Shown piece after piece: positions 27,863-36,123 of a stretch of DNA of 64,000 bases. Both the position numbers and the translations under genes were made by a program. The stretch spans positions 32,001-96,000 of the IMG/VR virus record IMGVR_UViG_2974770163_000001; one strand, written 5' to 3'. The stretch comes from a virus. Taxonomy: Duplodnaviria > Caudoviricetes. The first letter of the stretch is position 1; each line of letters begins with the position of its first letter. Below the pieces are notes generated by a model. The model was not told where the DNA came from. It did not search any database and was given only the letters and a program-made list of their open reading frames with translations.

Positions 27863-27879
27863 AACTGGTCAGACCTGTG
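27863..27879. promoter_or_regulatory. FadR box
   Basis: AACTGGTCAGACCTGTG versus AACTGGTCNGACCAGTT, 2 mismatches where the DnaA box overlaps. Confidence 0.7.
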
Positions 27880-27892
27880 GATAACTTCTAAA

Positions 27893-27913
27893 TGCAAGTG
27901 AGAAGCATTCGCA
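27893..27913. promoter_or_regulatory. Fur-box-like site
   Basis: TGCAAGTGAGAAGCATTCGCA; 12/19 match to GATAATGATAATCATTATC. Confidence 0.55.
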
Positions 27914-27920
27914 TTCATTT

Positions 27921-27992
27921 AGCCGTCTAAACGTCTGGACGTCTAAACGTCTAGACGGCTGGACGTCTGGAAGGCTGGACGTCTAGACGTCC
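27921..27992. repeat. Nine in-phase tandem 8-mers matching the MetJ Met-box AGACGTCT
   Basis: agccgtct aaacgtct ggacgtct aaacgtct agacggct ggacgtct ggaaggct ggacgtct agacgtcc. Confidence 0.85.
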
Positions 27993-28120
27993 CTCTGCGC
28001 TTATGTGCATAATCGGGATCGCTTTTTCAAAACGTTACATGCGAGCTAGGCCACATGTGAATTTCTGAAAATGCAAATTCCAAAATTCTCGAAAAAATTT
28101 TTCCATTCGTAAAATATTCT

Positions 28121-28992
28121 CTCCTGCTCCCTGGCTGTTTCAATTTCCCTATACTATTTACTCTTCCACCAGCAGTTCTCCAGCCTCAAAAATAAAATGC
28201 AAATATAAAACTGAGTGCGTCTTTTCTATGGAACTCCATTTTATTTTTGATTCTCAGGAATGTGATAGCCTTAGTTTATAAATCAGTTTTGAAAACTCCG
28301 AAAATTTTAAATGCCCAGATCTATCCCAGCAATCCAGTCAGCCAGGGAAGAGGAGAAAACCAAAGAAATCACTTGACAACCAGTTTTGCTAAAGTCAATT
28401 AACCAAATTGATCCACCAGCGTTTTATAAACTAGAATATTATTTGCCCTCAGAATTTAGGTGTGAGCAATTCTCCTGTTCCCCTTCCGAATCTATTGATG
28501 CAGAGGATTCTAGGAATGCAAAATATTTATCGCTGCTAATTTGAGTTGTGGGAAACCTTGGGAAGTTGTTTGGTGGATGCTTGGGGATTTGATCAGTTGT
28601 GCCGGGGAACAGGAGAGGATTTTGTGGGATGCTCAGAAAAATCGTTGTTCGCAGAAAAACGCATTTAAAACAACCCCCCTGGTAGCTAACCGCCCTATAT
28701 CGAAAAATTATGACCTTAAAGGTGGGTAAAGGGCTTGAAAAATAAAAAATTCATGAGGCCCCAAGAACTGGATGATTCAACGGTCGGTATAAACAAATCT
28801 CTCCTGTTCCCAGGCTGTTTTAATTAGATATGATGTGAGATGTGGGTAGGATGAACTTTTATTGTCTAGATATGATGTGGCACGTGGGTAGTGTGATGAT
28901 TTATAAGGGTTAGGAAAGTCTAGGAGTGCACAATTTGTGGAGGGAAGTCACGAGAAGCTTATAGATGTGGAAGTTGAAAAAGGGAACAGGAG
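28121..28992. repeat. Dispersed CTCCTGTTCCC(T/A)GGCTG motif, six copies in alternating orientation
   Basis: 28121(+), 28339(-), 28472(+), 28605(-), 28801(+), 28982(-); further copies at 17503 and 30369. Confidence 0.85.
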
Positions 28993-29092
28993 AAATTTTT
29001 ATCTAGGAATATCTAGGTAAATGAATCTCACACCTAGCAGAATTCCAGGGTATCAAAGGTTCCAGTTCTATTATTATGTTTAGTATAGATAA

Positions 29093-29320
29093 TAAAAAAC
29101 CTCCTTGAGCGGAGGTTTATTGGTTTTATTAAACGAGTGGTTTTTAAAGAATAGAAGATCCCCAAGGATGCATAGCAGTCGCATGAAGCACTTACACGAG
29201 ACTATGTACGTTGTACCGTGATGTAATCTGTCTCTCCTTTGGTTCCGAGCCATATACATCACTTCCTAGTCAAGTAAGTGCTTTGCTGCTGTATTGACGA
29301 TAAATCTTGTTTATCTAATA
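29093..29320 (-). ncRNA. Candidate ~230-nt stand-alone structured RNA
   Basis: TTGACG-N17-TATAAT promoter (29354-29326), nested stems AAGCACTTAC/GTAAGTGCTT and GTGATGTA/TACATCAC, terminator AACCTCC-GCTCAA-GGAGGTTTTTT. Confidence 0.55.
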
Positions 29321-29372
29321 CAGATATTATAACATCAAAACTTTGTCACGTCAATGAAAAAATTTAATTCCG

Positions 29373-30359
29373 TCAAAGGTCAGTTGCACCGGGTGGAGGG
29401 CAACCGTTGACTCCTATACTTGGACTTAGATCTTTCTTAGGTGGAGTTCTCTTAGGGCTTACAATACGTTTAATCATGAATTGTTTGAATCCATTTAGTC
29501 CCACCGATATTGCTTTTACTGCTGAGTTTGATGAGGGTTTCAAAGACTTAGTTTCTTCTCTGTTAAAGTCTCCTAGTTCCATGCCTAGGTAAGAGAGGTA
29601 AGTCACGAAATCTTCATCAGAGTGCGCAAGAGCTTGCTTCACCCATTCTGGGGCCGGTGCCTTTATATGTGACCACATCGCCAATGTTGATGCGATAAAT
29701 GCTTGGGAAGTATTATGTGCATACTGTCTAGTGTATGGTAACGTTGGCTGATCAATCAGGATTGTATTTCCTTTATATAAAATACTATCTCCTGTTAATG
29801 TACCATTGTATACTACTTCCGGTATATCCTTTTCATCTAGCAGTGAGGTTAGTGGGGGTAATTCTACTACCTGTGTTCCTTCCCAGAACTCTGGTTCATC
29901 GGACATATACCCTACAACCTTACACATGTAGTAACCAGTCTTTTGTGTATGTCTGATTCGGTTGAACTCCTTGAGTTTATCCTTAGACTTAGATTTGTAA
30001 TACCTTAGAGGTTGATACTCTGGCTCAAAGATAGACTTGAACGCCACATCCATTGCAAATCTAGAGTTATGGATTCTTACAGCTGGGAAACTTACCTCTT
30101 TGTCCTCATGAATAAGTAAGTCAAAGTTTGCCACTGTCCTAGCTTCTGATAAGTCGATAGCTCCATGATAGGAGAGGAAGTGTAACGGATAAGCTGATAT
30201 GCTACGTATACACTTTCTATCTGCTGAGGGATAACGCTTGGTAAAGAAGTCCACTAGGCGCAACTCGTACTCGGAAAGCTCGGAGGTCTTCTTACCATTT
30301 AAGTCCATTAAGTCTTGATACGCTTGTTGAACTAGGGTTGGGTTTACTGATGATAACAT
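29373..30359 (-). CDS. Conserved T5-family protein, first gene beyond the FST region
   Basis: PSADRK, PLHFLSYHGAI, QPTLP and HNTSQAF motifs; AGGAG RBS. Confidence 0.85.
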   Translation of the reverse strand: MLSSVNPTLVQQAYQDLMDLNGKKTSELSEYELRLVDFFTKRYPSADRKCIRSISAYPLHFLSYHGAIDLSEARTVANFDLLIHEDKEVSFPAVRIHNSRFAMDVAFKSIFEPEYQPLRYYKSKSKDKLKEFNRIRHTQKTGYYMCKVVGYMSDEPEFWEGTQVVELPPLTSLLDEKDIPEVVYNGTLTGDSILYKGNTILIDQPTLPYTRQYAHNTSQAFIASTLAMWSHIKAPAPEWVKQALAHSDEDFVTYLSYLGMELGDFNREETKSLKPSSNSAVKAISVGLNGFKQFMIKRIVSPKRTPPKKDLSPSIGVNGCPPPGATDL

Positions 30360-30459
30360 AATTATTTTCTCCTGTTCCCTGGCTGAATGAGCAAGGAACT
30401 ACGGCTGTCTACGGAAGTCCTCTTACAGCCATCGGAGGACTTTCTGAATCTATACTTAC

Positions 30460-30488
30460 ATTATAACACAGTCCTCGGAAGACTGCAA
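30460..30488 (-). promoter_or_regulatory. sigma70 promoter with a pseudoknotted leader
   Basis: TTGCAG-N17-TATAAT. Confidence 0.75.
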
Positions 30489-30571
30489 GTAATCTTTCTT
30501 ATTTATTGTCTATAAGCCAACAGAAAGCACAAAGCCCCACACACCATAGGCATGTGAGGAGAGTTGTTAGA

Positions 30572-30868
30572 CTAAACATAAGTCTCTTCGTTGTTTAGTT
30601 TGACTTCTACGTAACGCTTAAGTACTGGTGCAATAAGACTCATTGCCTCTTTAATCTTGGTAGCGTACTTATCTGCGGATTCTTTCTCAGTGAATACTCG
30701 GTGTTCCCATTCAATGTTAGGCATGTCCATAGCACTATAACGAAGACTTGAGTAGACTGGGTATTTAACTGTCCATGAGCGAACCAATACTTTCTCTTTT
30801 AATTCGCCAATGTTATTTTCGTAAAGCTCTTTCTTAGGTGGAGTGAAGAAGAAATCTAGGAAAGCCAT
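30572..30868 (-). CDS. Hypothetical protein
   Basis: AAGGA RBS. Confidence 0.75.
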   Translation of the reverse strand: MAFLDFFFTPPKKELYENNIGELKEKVLVRSWTVKYPVYSSLRYSAMDMPNIEWEHRVFTEKESADKYATKIKEAMSLIAPVLKRYVEVKLNNEETYV

Positions 30869-30878
30869 ATAATTATCC

Positions 30879-30989
30879 TTATATAATGTTTGAGAAAAAT
30901 TCAGTAATTGATTTGCCTAGGTGTGCTGCAACTACATTTAGCGTAGTCCACAGCACCAGTATAACTACGATAGCAATAACTTTAAGCAT
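30879..30989 (-). CDS. Small membrane peptide (36 aa, MLKVIAIVVILVLWTTLNVVAAHLGKSITEFFSNII)
   Basis: GGGAG RBS; fills the operon gap. Confidence 0.6.
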   Translation of the reverse strand: MLKVIAIVVILVLWTTLNVVAAHLGKSITEFFSNII

Positions 30990-31200
30990 TTTTGTTCTCC
31001 CTATCAAGATCCCTTAAACCTTTGAGAGTCTTACTACCTGCCTTGATTGCCTTAGCCGTTATCTTCTTTAATTCTCTATCAGAAAGCTCTAACCTATCTG
31101 ACAGCGTTGGAGTGGTGCGGGTTATGGTGTATATTGTACCACCAACAACGGCGAAGATAATTACTAAGACGGTTAGGGCTATTAACATGATACTAATCAT
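30982..31200 (-). CDS. Small membrane-anchored protein
   Basis: N-terminal hydrophobic segment. Confidence 0.7.
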   Translation of the reverse strand: MISIMLIALTVLVIIFAVVGGTIYTITRTTPTLSDRLELSDRELKKITAKAIKAGSKTLKGLRDLDRENKNA

Positions 31201-31469
31201 TCGTCTTTCTCCGGTGGTATCTGTAACTTATATTGTCTAACCGCTTCTATAGCCTCATCTAGCGCACCGCTTAGTTCTTTGTACTTTTGCTCTTCCGAGG
31301 GTACAGATATTGACCATGTTGAATCATCATTCCAAGATGGTGTCTTATAGTTTATAATCTCTTTGTAGAGATCAAGGTTTTCCTTATTCTGTTTACTTGC
31401 TAACATGCCGATAAGGAAAACTATAATACCAGCCATTATGAGGATTATTACCGATAGAATCGTTACCAT
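31197..31469 (-). CDS. Small membrane-anchored protein
   Basis: N-terminal hydrophobic segment. Confidence 0.7.
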   Translation of the reverse strand: MVTILSVIILIMAGIIVFLIGMLASKQNKENLDLYKEIINYKTPSWNDDSTWSISVPSEEQKYKELSGALDEAIEAVRQYKLQIPPEKDE

Positions 31470-31478
31470 AATTGAATC

Positions 31479-31571
31479 CTAGAAAAATAAGGGGAGCCAA
31501 ATAGGCATTGATACCAACGCTGCTCCCAGGATTATAAATACTGGTAATACTATTGTGTCGTTGTTACCCAT
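31479..31571 (-). CDS. Small membrane peptide (30 aa, MGNNDTIVLPVFIILGAALVSMPIWLPLFF)
   Basis: GGAG RBS; fills the operon gap. Confidence 0.55.
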   Translation of the reverse strand: MGNNDTIVLPVFIILGAALVSMPIWLPLFF

Positions 31572-31573
31572 AT

Positions 31574-32203
31574 CTACTCCGTAATAACTAAGTTGTTTAA
31601 CTTACCCTTTACTTTATCTAGGAAGACTTGATCAGGCTGGTAGAAGCTTCTGATTTGCACTAGCTTCTTCAGTGCCCAGTTAGATGCAGCTTTCTTAGAC
31701 TTACTAAAGCTAATAGTTTCTGCGTTTCGATAAATGTCTGCCAACTTAACCTGAGCAACTGCCGGTACGAAACTATATAGCTTATTGTTAGTCAATTGCT
31801 GGTCAATATCTTTAGTTAGTCGGTCAACGATAAATGCAACATCATCACCAAATGCTCTTCTAACACTTTCTAGGTTGAGGTTTGTATCCTCAACGACATC
31901 GTGAAGCCATGCAGCGCATAGAGTCACGAGATGCTCATAGTCATTTGGGAAATCAAATTCTCTACCAACAATACGAGCTACCCCTGCTAGATGCATGTTC
32001 GTATAGTCGTCTTCATGACTAAAGCCTTCTCCTGAACGGAAAGCCTGATTTTTATGGGCTATTCTAGCTACGGAGCCTGCAATTTCCGCAGCAATCTCCT
32101 CTATATCTTCACCCTCTAGCAGAATCTCTAGATTAGCTCGGTTTTCCCAAGTAGGGTGTTTCAGTATAAAGATTACTGCGTCAATTAGTCTTTTGTCTTT
32201 CAT
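31574..32203 (-). CDS. HD-domain hydrolase (RelA/SpoT-hydrolase, Mesh1/SAH-like)
   Basis: AHKNQ..R, H..GVA, AAWLHDVVEDT, FG.DVA.IV..LT and VKLAD motifs. Confidence 0.8.
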   Translation of the reverse strand: MKDKRLIDAVIFILKHPTWENRANLEILLEGEDIEEIAAEIAGSVARIAHKNQAFRSGEGFSHEDDYTNMHLAGVARIVGREFDFPNDYEHLVTLCAAWLHDVVEDTNLNLESVRRAFGDDVAFIVDRLTKDIDQQLTNNKLYSFVPAVAQVKLADIYRNAETISFSKSKKAASNWALKKLVQIRSFYQPDQVFLDKVKGKLNNLVITE

Positions 32204-32517
32204 TTTTCTCTCCCGTAGTATGAGTCGAATGTATGTTGAAATGCTGTCTGGTCTACTCGAACTTTAAGAGTCCAGAACCATCTTGAGAAGAAAGTATGAA
32301 CTCTGCTTTCAGGGTGCGGCATTCTGGATGTTTCTACTAACGTTACCGCCGGATAGATACCACGTAAGACTTCCACCAGCAAGTGAATATTTAAAACTCC
32401 ATCATCGTTAATCTTAAAGATATTCTCTCCCTCTCGTAACTTTGGGCAGATATAACGTAATTCGTCTAGTGTTCTACGCAGTACATCACTATCTATATCG
32501 AATCTCATATTGCCCAT
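32200..32517 (-). CDS. Hypothetical protein
   Basis: Tightly packed operon ORF. Confidence 0.65.
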   Translation of the reverse strand: MGNMRFDIDSDVLRRTLDELRYICPKLREGENIFKINDDGVLNIHLLVEVLRGIYPAVTLVETSRMPHPESRVHTFFSRWFWTLKVRVDQTAFQHTFDSYYGREK

Positions 32518-32852
32518 CCTACTATTAACCAGATTAAAAGAATAATGATAACGTATATCATTGAGGAGTTCAGTGTACTTGCATCTTTCTTAGCCTGACT
32601 ATTTCTTATACACTTAGGAACTATTGGTACTCCACCTAGTGTGTAGTATACTGGAGTATATTTATCCTCGAAAAGCAGATGCCAATTATGTCCATCAAAC
32701 TCTTCTAAATTATCTGGAAACTCAGTTTGTAATTGGAAGTTTTCAACTATGAGACCTTTTGTCTTTACTCCTAAGATTAAAGCCTCACTTTCCTGTGCAA
32801 TAAACCAAGTTTTGAGATTTGGCAACTCTGTTGCCTCAACAAAAAGCCTCAT
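32505..32852 (-). CDS. Hypothetical protein with a C-terminal membrane anchor
   Basis: MIYVIIILLIWLIVGWAI tail. Confidence 0.7.
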   Translation of the reverse strand: MRLFVEATELPNLKTWFIAQESEALILGVKTKGLIVENFQLQTEFPDNLEEFDGHNWHLLFEDKYTPVYYTLGGVPIVPKCIRNSQAKKDASTLNSSMIYVIIILLIWLIVGWAI

Positions 32853-32863
32853 AAGTAAATCTC

Positions 32864-33196
32864 CTAGATTTTATTACCAAGAACGCTGTACTTAGTCTTG
32901 GCAATCATTATTGCATCAAATAGAGCTTTGTCCGCAGCAGCATTCATTTGTTCTATGTCCTTTAGTGTTGGACGTTTGTCTAATTGAATAACAATACGCT
33001 GAACAACAGATAGAGCACTATTAGTCTTTAGTACTGTAGTTCCTGGGTTGATTGTATTAAACCCCGAATGGTGAATAAAACTAGCTACCAGTTCAGGGGA
33101 ATCAAATTCCCTAGTTATGGTAAGATTCCTGAAGCGTACATCCTCCCTGAAATGATGGATGGGCTTATCTGCTAGACGAACAAAATAGAACGACAT
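32864..33196 (-). CDS. Hypothetical protein
   Basis: AGGAG RBS. Confidence 0.7.
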   Translation of the reverse strand: MSFYFVRLADKPIHHFREDVRFRNLTITREFDSPELVASFIHHSGFNTINPGTTVLKTNSALSVVQRIVIQLDKRPTLKDIEQMNAAADKALFDAIMIAKTKYSVLGNKI

Positions 33197-33202
33197 AAGA
33201 TA

Positions 33203-33529
33203 TTACTCCTGTTCTAAAATTTCCTGAAAATAATCGTTAACTAGATCACGACGCTGTTCATCTGCTGCACGCATTTCTAAGTAAACGTCTTCAGACGTTT
33301 CACATTCTGTAATGCGGAACTGTAACAGGCGGCCTCCTTTGATTACTGCATCGGCACCTTGAAGTTCTGCCACTGCTACTGGGCTAATTGCTAATGCTGC
33401 TTCTTCTGCCCCTGCCCATGTGGTTGCTGTTTTACATGCCATTACATCTTGTGGCAAGAATCCATTACGTGGGTCATTTAACCCAATGTTAACAACGCTG
33501 ACCACAAATACTGTTTCTTTATCTTGCAT
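33203..33529 (-). CDS. Hypothetical protein
   Basis: GAGGTG RBS. Confidence 0.75.
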   Translation of the reverse strand: MQDKETVFVVSVVNIGLNDPRNGFLPQDVMACKTATTWAGAEEAALAISPVAVAELQGADAVIKGGRLLQFRITECETSEDVYLEMRAADEQRRDLVNDYFQEILEQE

Positions 33530-33716
33530 CTAACACCTCTATGTTTATGTTGTCTAAGAAGTCTAAGACTTCATCGAAATCTAGCTTTGTTGCTAGGATT
33601 AAAGTTGAGTGGCTAATCTCTTTAACCACTCCATCGAATTTTCTGAACCTGTTGCAGGTATCTGCTAAATCTGTAGTGTCTACAGTAAGTATTACATCTT
33701 CTGACATGCCAGCCAC
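33519..33716 (-). CDS. Hypothetical protein
   Basis: Operonic overlap. Confidence 0.6.
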   Translation of the reverse strand: MAGMSEDVILTVDTTDLADTCNRFRKFDGVVKEISHSTLILATKLDFDEVLDFLDNINIEVLDAR

Positions 33717-34045
33717 CGCTTGTACTTGTAGTCTAGAGTCTTAAACTGATGTTCCACGTCCCTAGATGTATAGTCTAGCTGTACCCTGGCAGGGCTTCTA
33801 CCTTTTACCCATTCTAGGCTTAATCTATCATATGCTTCACCTGTCTGGTATACGAAAGTCCTACGAAGTCTTGTTTCTGCTGGTATGTGAATAGCAAAGA
33901 TGCCTACGATAAATACTATTACAGCTAACAGTCCAACCAACCAGAAATCAGTGTAGATTGCTAAAAGTCCTAAGATGATCATTGGCACTAAGATAAACTT
34001 AAAGCCGTCTCTATTCTCTTTCTTTACAATTTCTGAGTATGTCAC
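33692..34045 (-). CDS. Hypothetical membrane protein (2 TM segments)
   Basis: Hydrophobic hairpin; GGAG RBS with GTG start. Confidence 0.7.
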   Translation of the reverse strand: MTYSEIVKKENRDGFKFILVPMIILGLLAIYTDFWLVGLLAVIVFIVGIFAIHIPAETRLRRTFVYQTGEAYDRLSLEWVKGRSPARVQLDYTSRDVEHQFKTLDYKYKRWLACQKM

Positions 34046-34433
34046 GGGTGTCTCCCTCCATCATTATAAGTTTAGGCTTAAAACCTACATAGTTGTATAG
34101 TTTTGCTGCCATAGACTCGCTATCTGCTTCTATTTGCACTCGACTAATCCCAAAGTCGTAGAATTGCTGTACAGCCGTTTCTATTAATTTAGAGGCAAAG
34201 CCATGTCCACGATACTCCGGTTTAATATACAGAGAAGTGATTACACCAATCATAGTATTATCAATGTCTACTGCTACTGATGTTCCAACAAAGCCAAAAT
34301 ATTGGTAGCAGCCACTATTATAGTCACTGTACGCATGCGTTATCGTACCTAGATCAGAGTTAATACCAATTTCACTATCTAGTTCTTTTTTAAGTTCCGA
34401 TATCGCTTCTTTGTTTACGTTAATAACTATCAA
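34011..34433 (-). CDS. GNAT-family acetyltransferase
   Basis: LYIKPEYRGHGFASKLI (motif A) and AAKLYNYVGF. Confidence 0.85.
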   Translation of the reverse strand: MIVINVNKEAISELKKELDSEIGINSDLGTITHAYSDYNSGCYQYFGFVGTSVAVDIDNTMIGVITSLYIKPEYRGHGFASKLIETAVQQFYDFGISRVQIEADSESMAAKLYNYVGFKPKLIMMEGDTRDILRNCKERE

Positions 34434-34759
34434 TGTATGGTCTCCGGTATGTCATCTATTTCTTTGAAACTAGTCATAACTGCTTCAGCACTTTTAGTTG
34501 ATAAGGGTACAGACATTTCTATTTTAATATTTGCTCCCTCAATCTCTTTAGACTGGTGGAATGAAAAGGGCAGATTATCTTTAAATTGCTTCAATAGCCA
34601 CATTGACGGTGTGACGCTTTCAAATGGCATCTTAACTGATTCCACAAATAGATTATATACACCAGGTCTGCCCTCAAACTCTTTGATGTATATCTTATGT
34701 GGTATAAGAACTATTGAATCCATAAAATATACCCAATTAACCCAGTTGCCACAGCACAA
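34430..34759 (-). CDS. Hypothetical protein (likely start MDSIV)
   Basis: Operonic ORF. Confidence 0.6.
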   Translation of the reverse strand: MCCGNWVNWVYFMDSIVLIPHKIYIKEFEGRPGVYNLFVESVKMPFESVTPSMWLLKQFKDNLPFSFHQSKEIEGANIKIEMSVPLSTKSAEAVMTSFKEIDDIPETIH

Positions 34760-34908
34760 TAACTAATAAAGAAATCAACTGCCTTTTCCGCCTGTGGGTA
34801 GCCTAGCACACCAAACTTATCCCATATTGCAATTTCATATTTAGTGTGGGCAAACAGGCACACACAAAGGAACATTATGTATAATAACATTTTTACCTCT
34901 CTTATCAA
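34711..34908 (-). CDS. Small membrane protein (likely start MLLYI)
   Basis: GAGGT RBS after an early promoter. Confidence 0.6.
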   Translation of the reverse strand: MIREVKMLLYIMFLCVCLFAHTKYEIAIWDKFGVLGYPQAEKAVDFFISYCAVATGLIGYILWIQ

Positions 34909-34919
34909 TTTATATAAAT

Positions 34920-34948
34920 ATTATATCAAATATTTAGGGTTTTGGCAA
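34920..34948 (-). promoter_or_regulatory. Strong T5-type early promoter; similar copies near 37540, 39960, 44445, 47645, 49307, 51921, 53774, 55474, 57294, 59555 and 61380
   Basis: TTGCCA-N17-TATAAT followed by the conserved ATTTATATAAATTGA. Confidence 0.85.
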
Positions 34949-34958
34949 GTAATTTAAT

Positions 34959-34992
34959 AAAAAAGCCAAGTGGTTTCCCAGCTTGGCTTTTA
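34959..34992. terminator. Intrinsic terminator, possibly bidirectional
   Basis: AAAAAGCCAAG...CTTGGCTTTT. Confidence 0.75.
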
Positions 34993-34997
34993 AAAGA

Positions 34998-35243
34998 TTA
35001 CGATCCGGTAATCAGTAAATAAATAAACTGGGACATTGGTATTGTAAACCCAAATGCCACAGCTATCCACGCTAGGGCAGATACAACTAAAACTGTAACA
35101 ATAGTTTTACGAGAACGGATTGGGTAAATATACTTAATCAATGCTTCACGTACTGTCCTAGCCACTTCATATGCTGGATAAACCCCAAATAGGGCAACTA
35201 TTAGAGTTTTGAGAACAAGCAATGTTATTGCTAAACCTGTCAT
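34998..35243 (-). CDS. Membrane protein (2 TM segments)
   Basis: GAGGT RBS; hydrophobic. Confidence 0.75.
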   Translation of the reverse strand: MTGLAITLLVLKTLIVALFGVYPAYEVARTVREALIKYIYPIRSRKTIVTVLVVSALAWIAVAFGFTIPMSQFIYLLITGS

Positions 35244-35735
35244 TTATACCTCAATATCTAGTGTTTTGAATCTGTTATAGAATTGAATGCCTAGGTCAGT
35301 AATTCTATAACGATGAAAAATAGCGGGAACCTCAAAATCCCCTAGTTCGGTGTGTCGTATAGCTAGTTTCTTTGCGCAGTGAGGACATGAATGCCCATCC
35401 ATATGTGTTGAAGCACGCTGCATAAAGAAGTCTTCATGGTCAGGGCACCAAATCTTGACTGGTAACGAACCTCTGACATACTCCACCTCTCTGTATCCAT
35501 AAAATAATTCACCATGATATTTTATAGCCTGTAATATAAAATATGCGTTTAAAGCGTCTTGCTGGTGCCACGGTTGTAATTGTTTAATTTTCCTGTGGTT
35601 TAGAGTTCCTGAGCGAGTCAGGAACTTATGCAAAGGAAAAGTTTTGGCATCTTCAAGAATCGCTATCTCGATGCTCGTCACTAATTCTTGAGTCATTATG
35701 AGCCATTCCAACTGGTGCAAACGAGTTTGCTGCAC
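35244..35735 (-). CDS. Zn-ribbon protein (DUF723-like); likely start MTQEL
   Basis: VKIWCPDH..F.Q....H..G.SCPHC. Confidence 0.7.
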   Translation of the reverse strand: MQQTRLHQLEWLIMTQELVTSIEIAILEDAKTFPLHKFLTRSGTLNHRKIKQLQPWHQQDALNAYFILQAIKYHGELFYGYREVEYVRGSLPVKIWCPDHEDFFMQRASTHMDGHSCPHCAKKLAIRHTELGDFEVPAIFHRYRITDLGIQFYNRFKTLDIEV

Positions 35736-36123
35736 GCTCAGGTCGTTGAGTTGCTATCCACCCTAGTGCTACTGGTCTAGGGATAACAAGACCTGTTTCT
35801 TCAAATACGCGCTGAATCCACTTGATTCCAGATTCATACTCGCCAAACACATAGTTAGCTTCTAGCCAATCTAGTGCGTCGGTATCAAAGATTTCCATTA
35901 CACGGTACTTCACCAACTTAGAGCCACTAATGTCTAGTAGCACGTTAGCCCAAGTACCGAATGGTAAATCAGTTTCTGTCATTTCATTTAATAGCTGTAC
36001 ATTTAGGCGGTTATCCAATGAAATATACAACTGCATAAATAAATCATTAAACTGACCAACACCATCTGGTGTAACTTCCCAATAAAGTTTAGAGATTGTA
36101 TCTCTCATTAAATGTGTCTCCAC
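35653..36123 (-). CDS. Conserved T5-like early protein (likely start MRDT)
   Basis: Operonic; GGAG RBS. Confidence 0.7.
   Translation of the reverse strand: METHLMRDTISKLYWEVTPDGVGQFNDLFMQLYISLDNRLNVQLLNEMTETDLPFGTWANVLLDISGSKLVKYRVMEIFDTDALDWLEANYVFGEYESGIKWIQRVFEETGLVIPRPVALGWIATQRPERAANSFAPVGMAHNDSRISDEHRDSDS

Larger units (their letters stand above)
27812..27884 (-). promoter_or_regulatory. Three perfect DnaA boxes (27812-27820, 27825-27833, 27876-27884)
   Basis: TGTGGATAA is the reverse complement of TTATCCACA. Confidence 0.88.

Noticed and set aside
27812-27884. DnaA-dependent replication origin
   Set aside because: No clear unwinding element next to the boxes, which are interleaved with unrelated repressor sites at the FST end; an origin cannot be supported from sequence alone.
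27993-28065. Further operators (TTATGTGCATAA, CAAAACGTTACA, CACATGTG) extending the regulator array
   Set aside because: Palindromic or LacI-family-like, but I cannot assign them to a specific regulator with confidence.
28541-28729. 62-aa ORF in the injection-stop region
   Set aside because: TTG start without SD, inside repeat-rich non-coding DNA.
35244-35735. Mobile homing endonuclease
   Set aside because: Only a Zn-ribbon segment is visible, with no HNH or GIY-YIG catalytic motif and no intron context.
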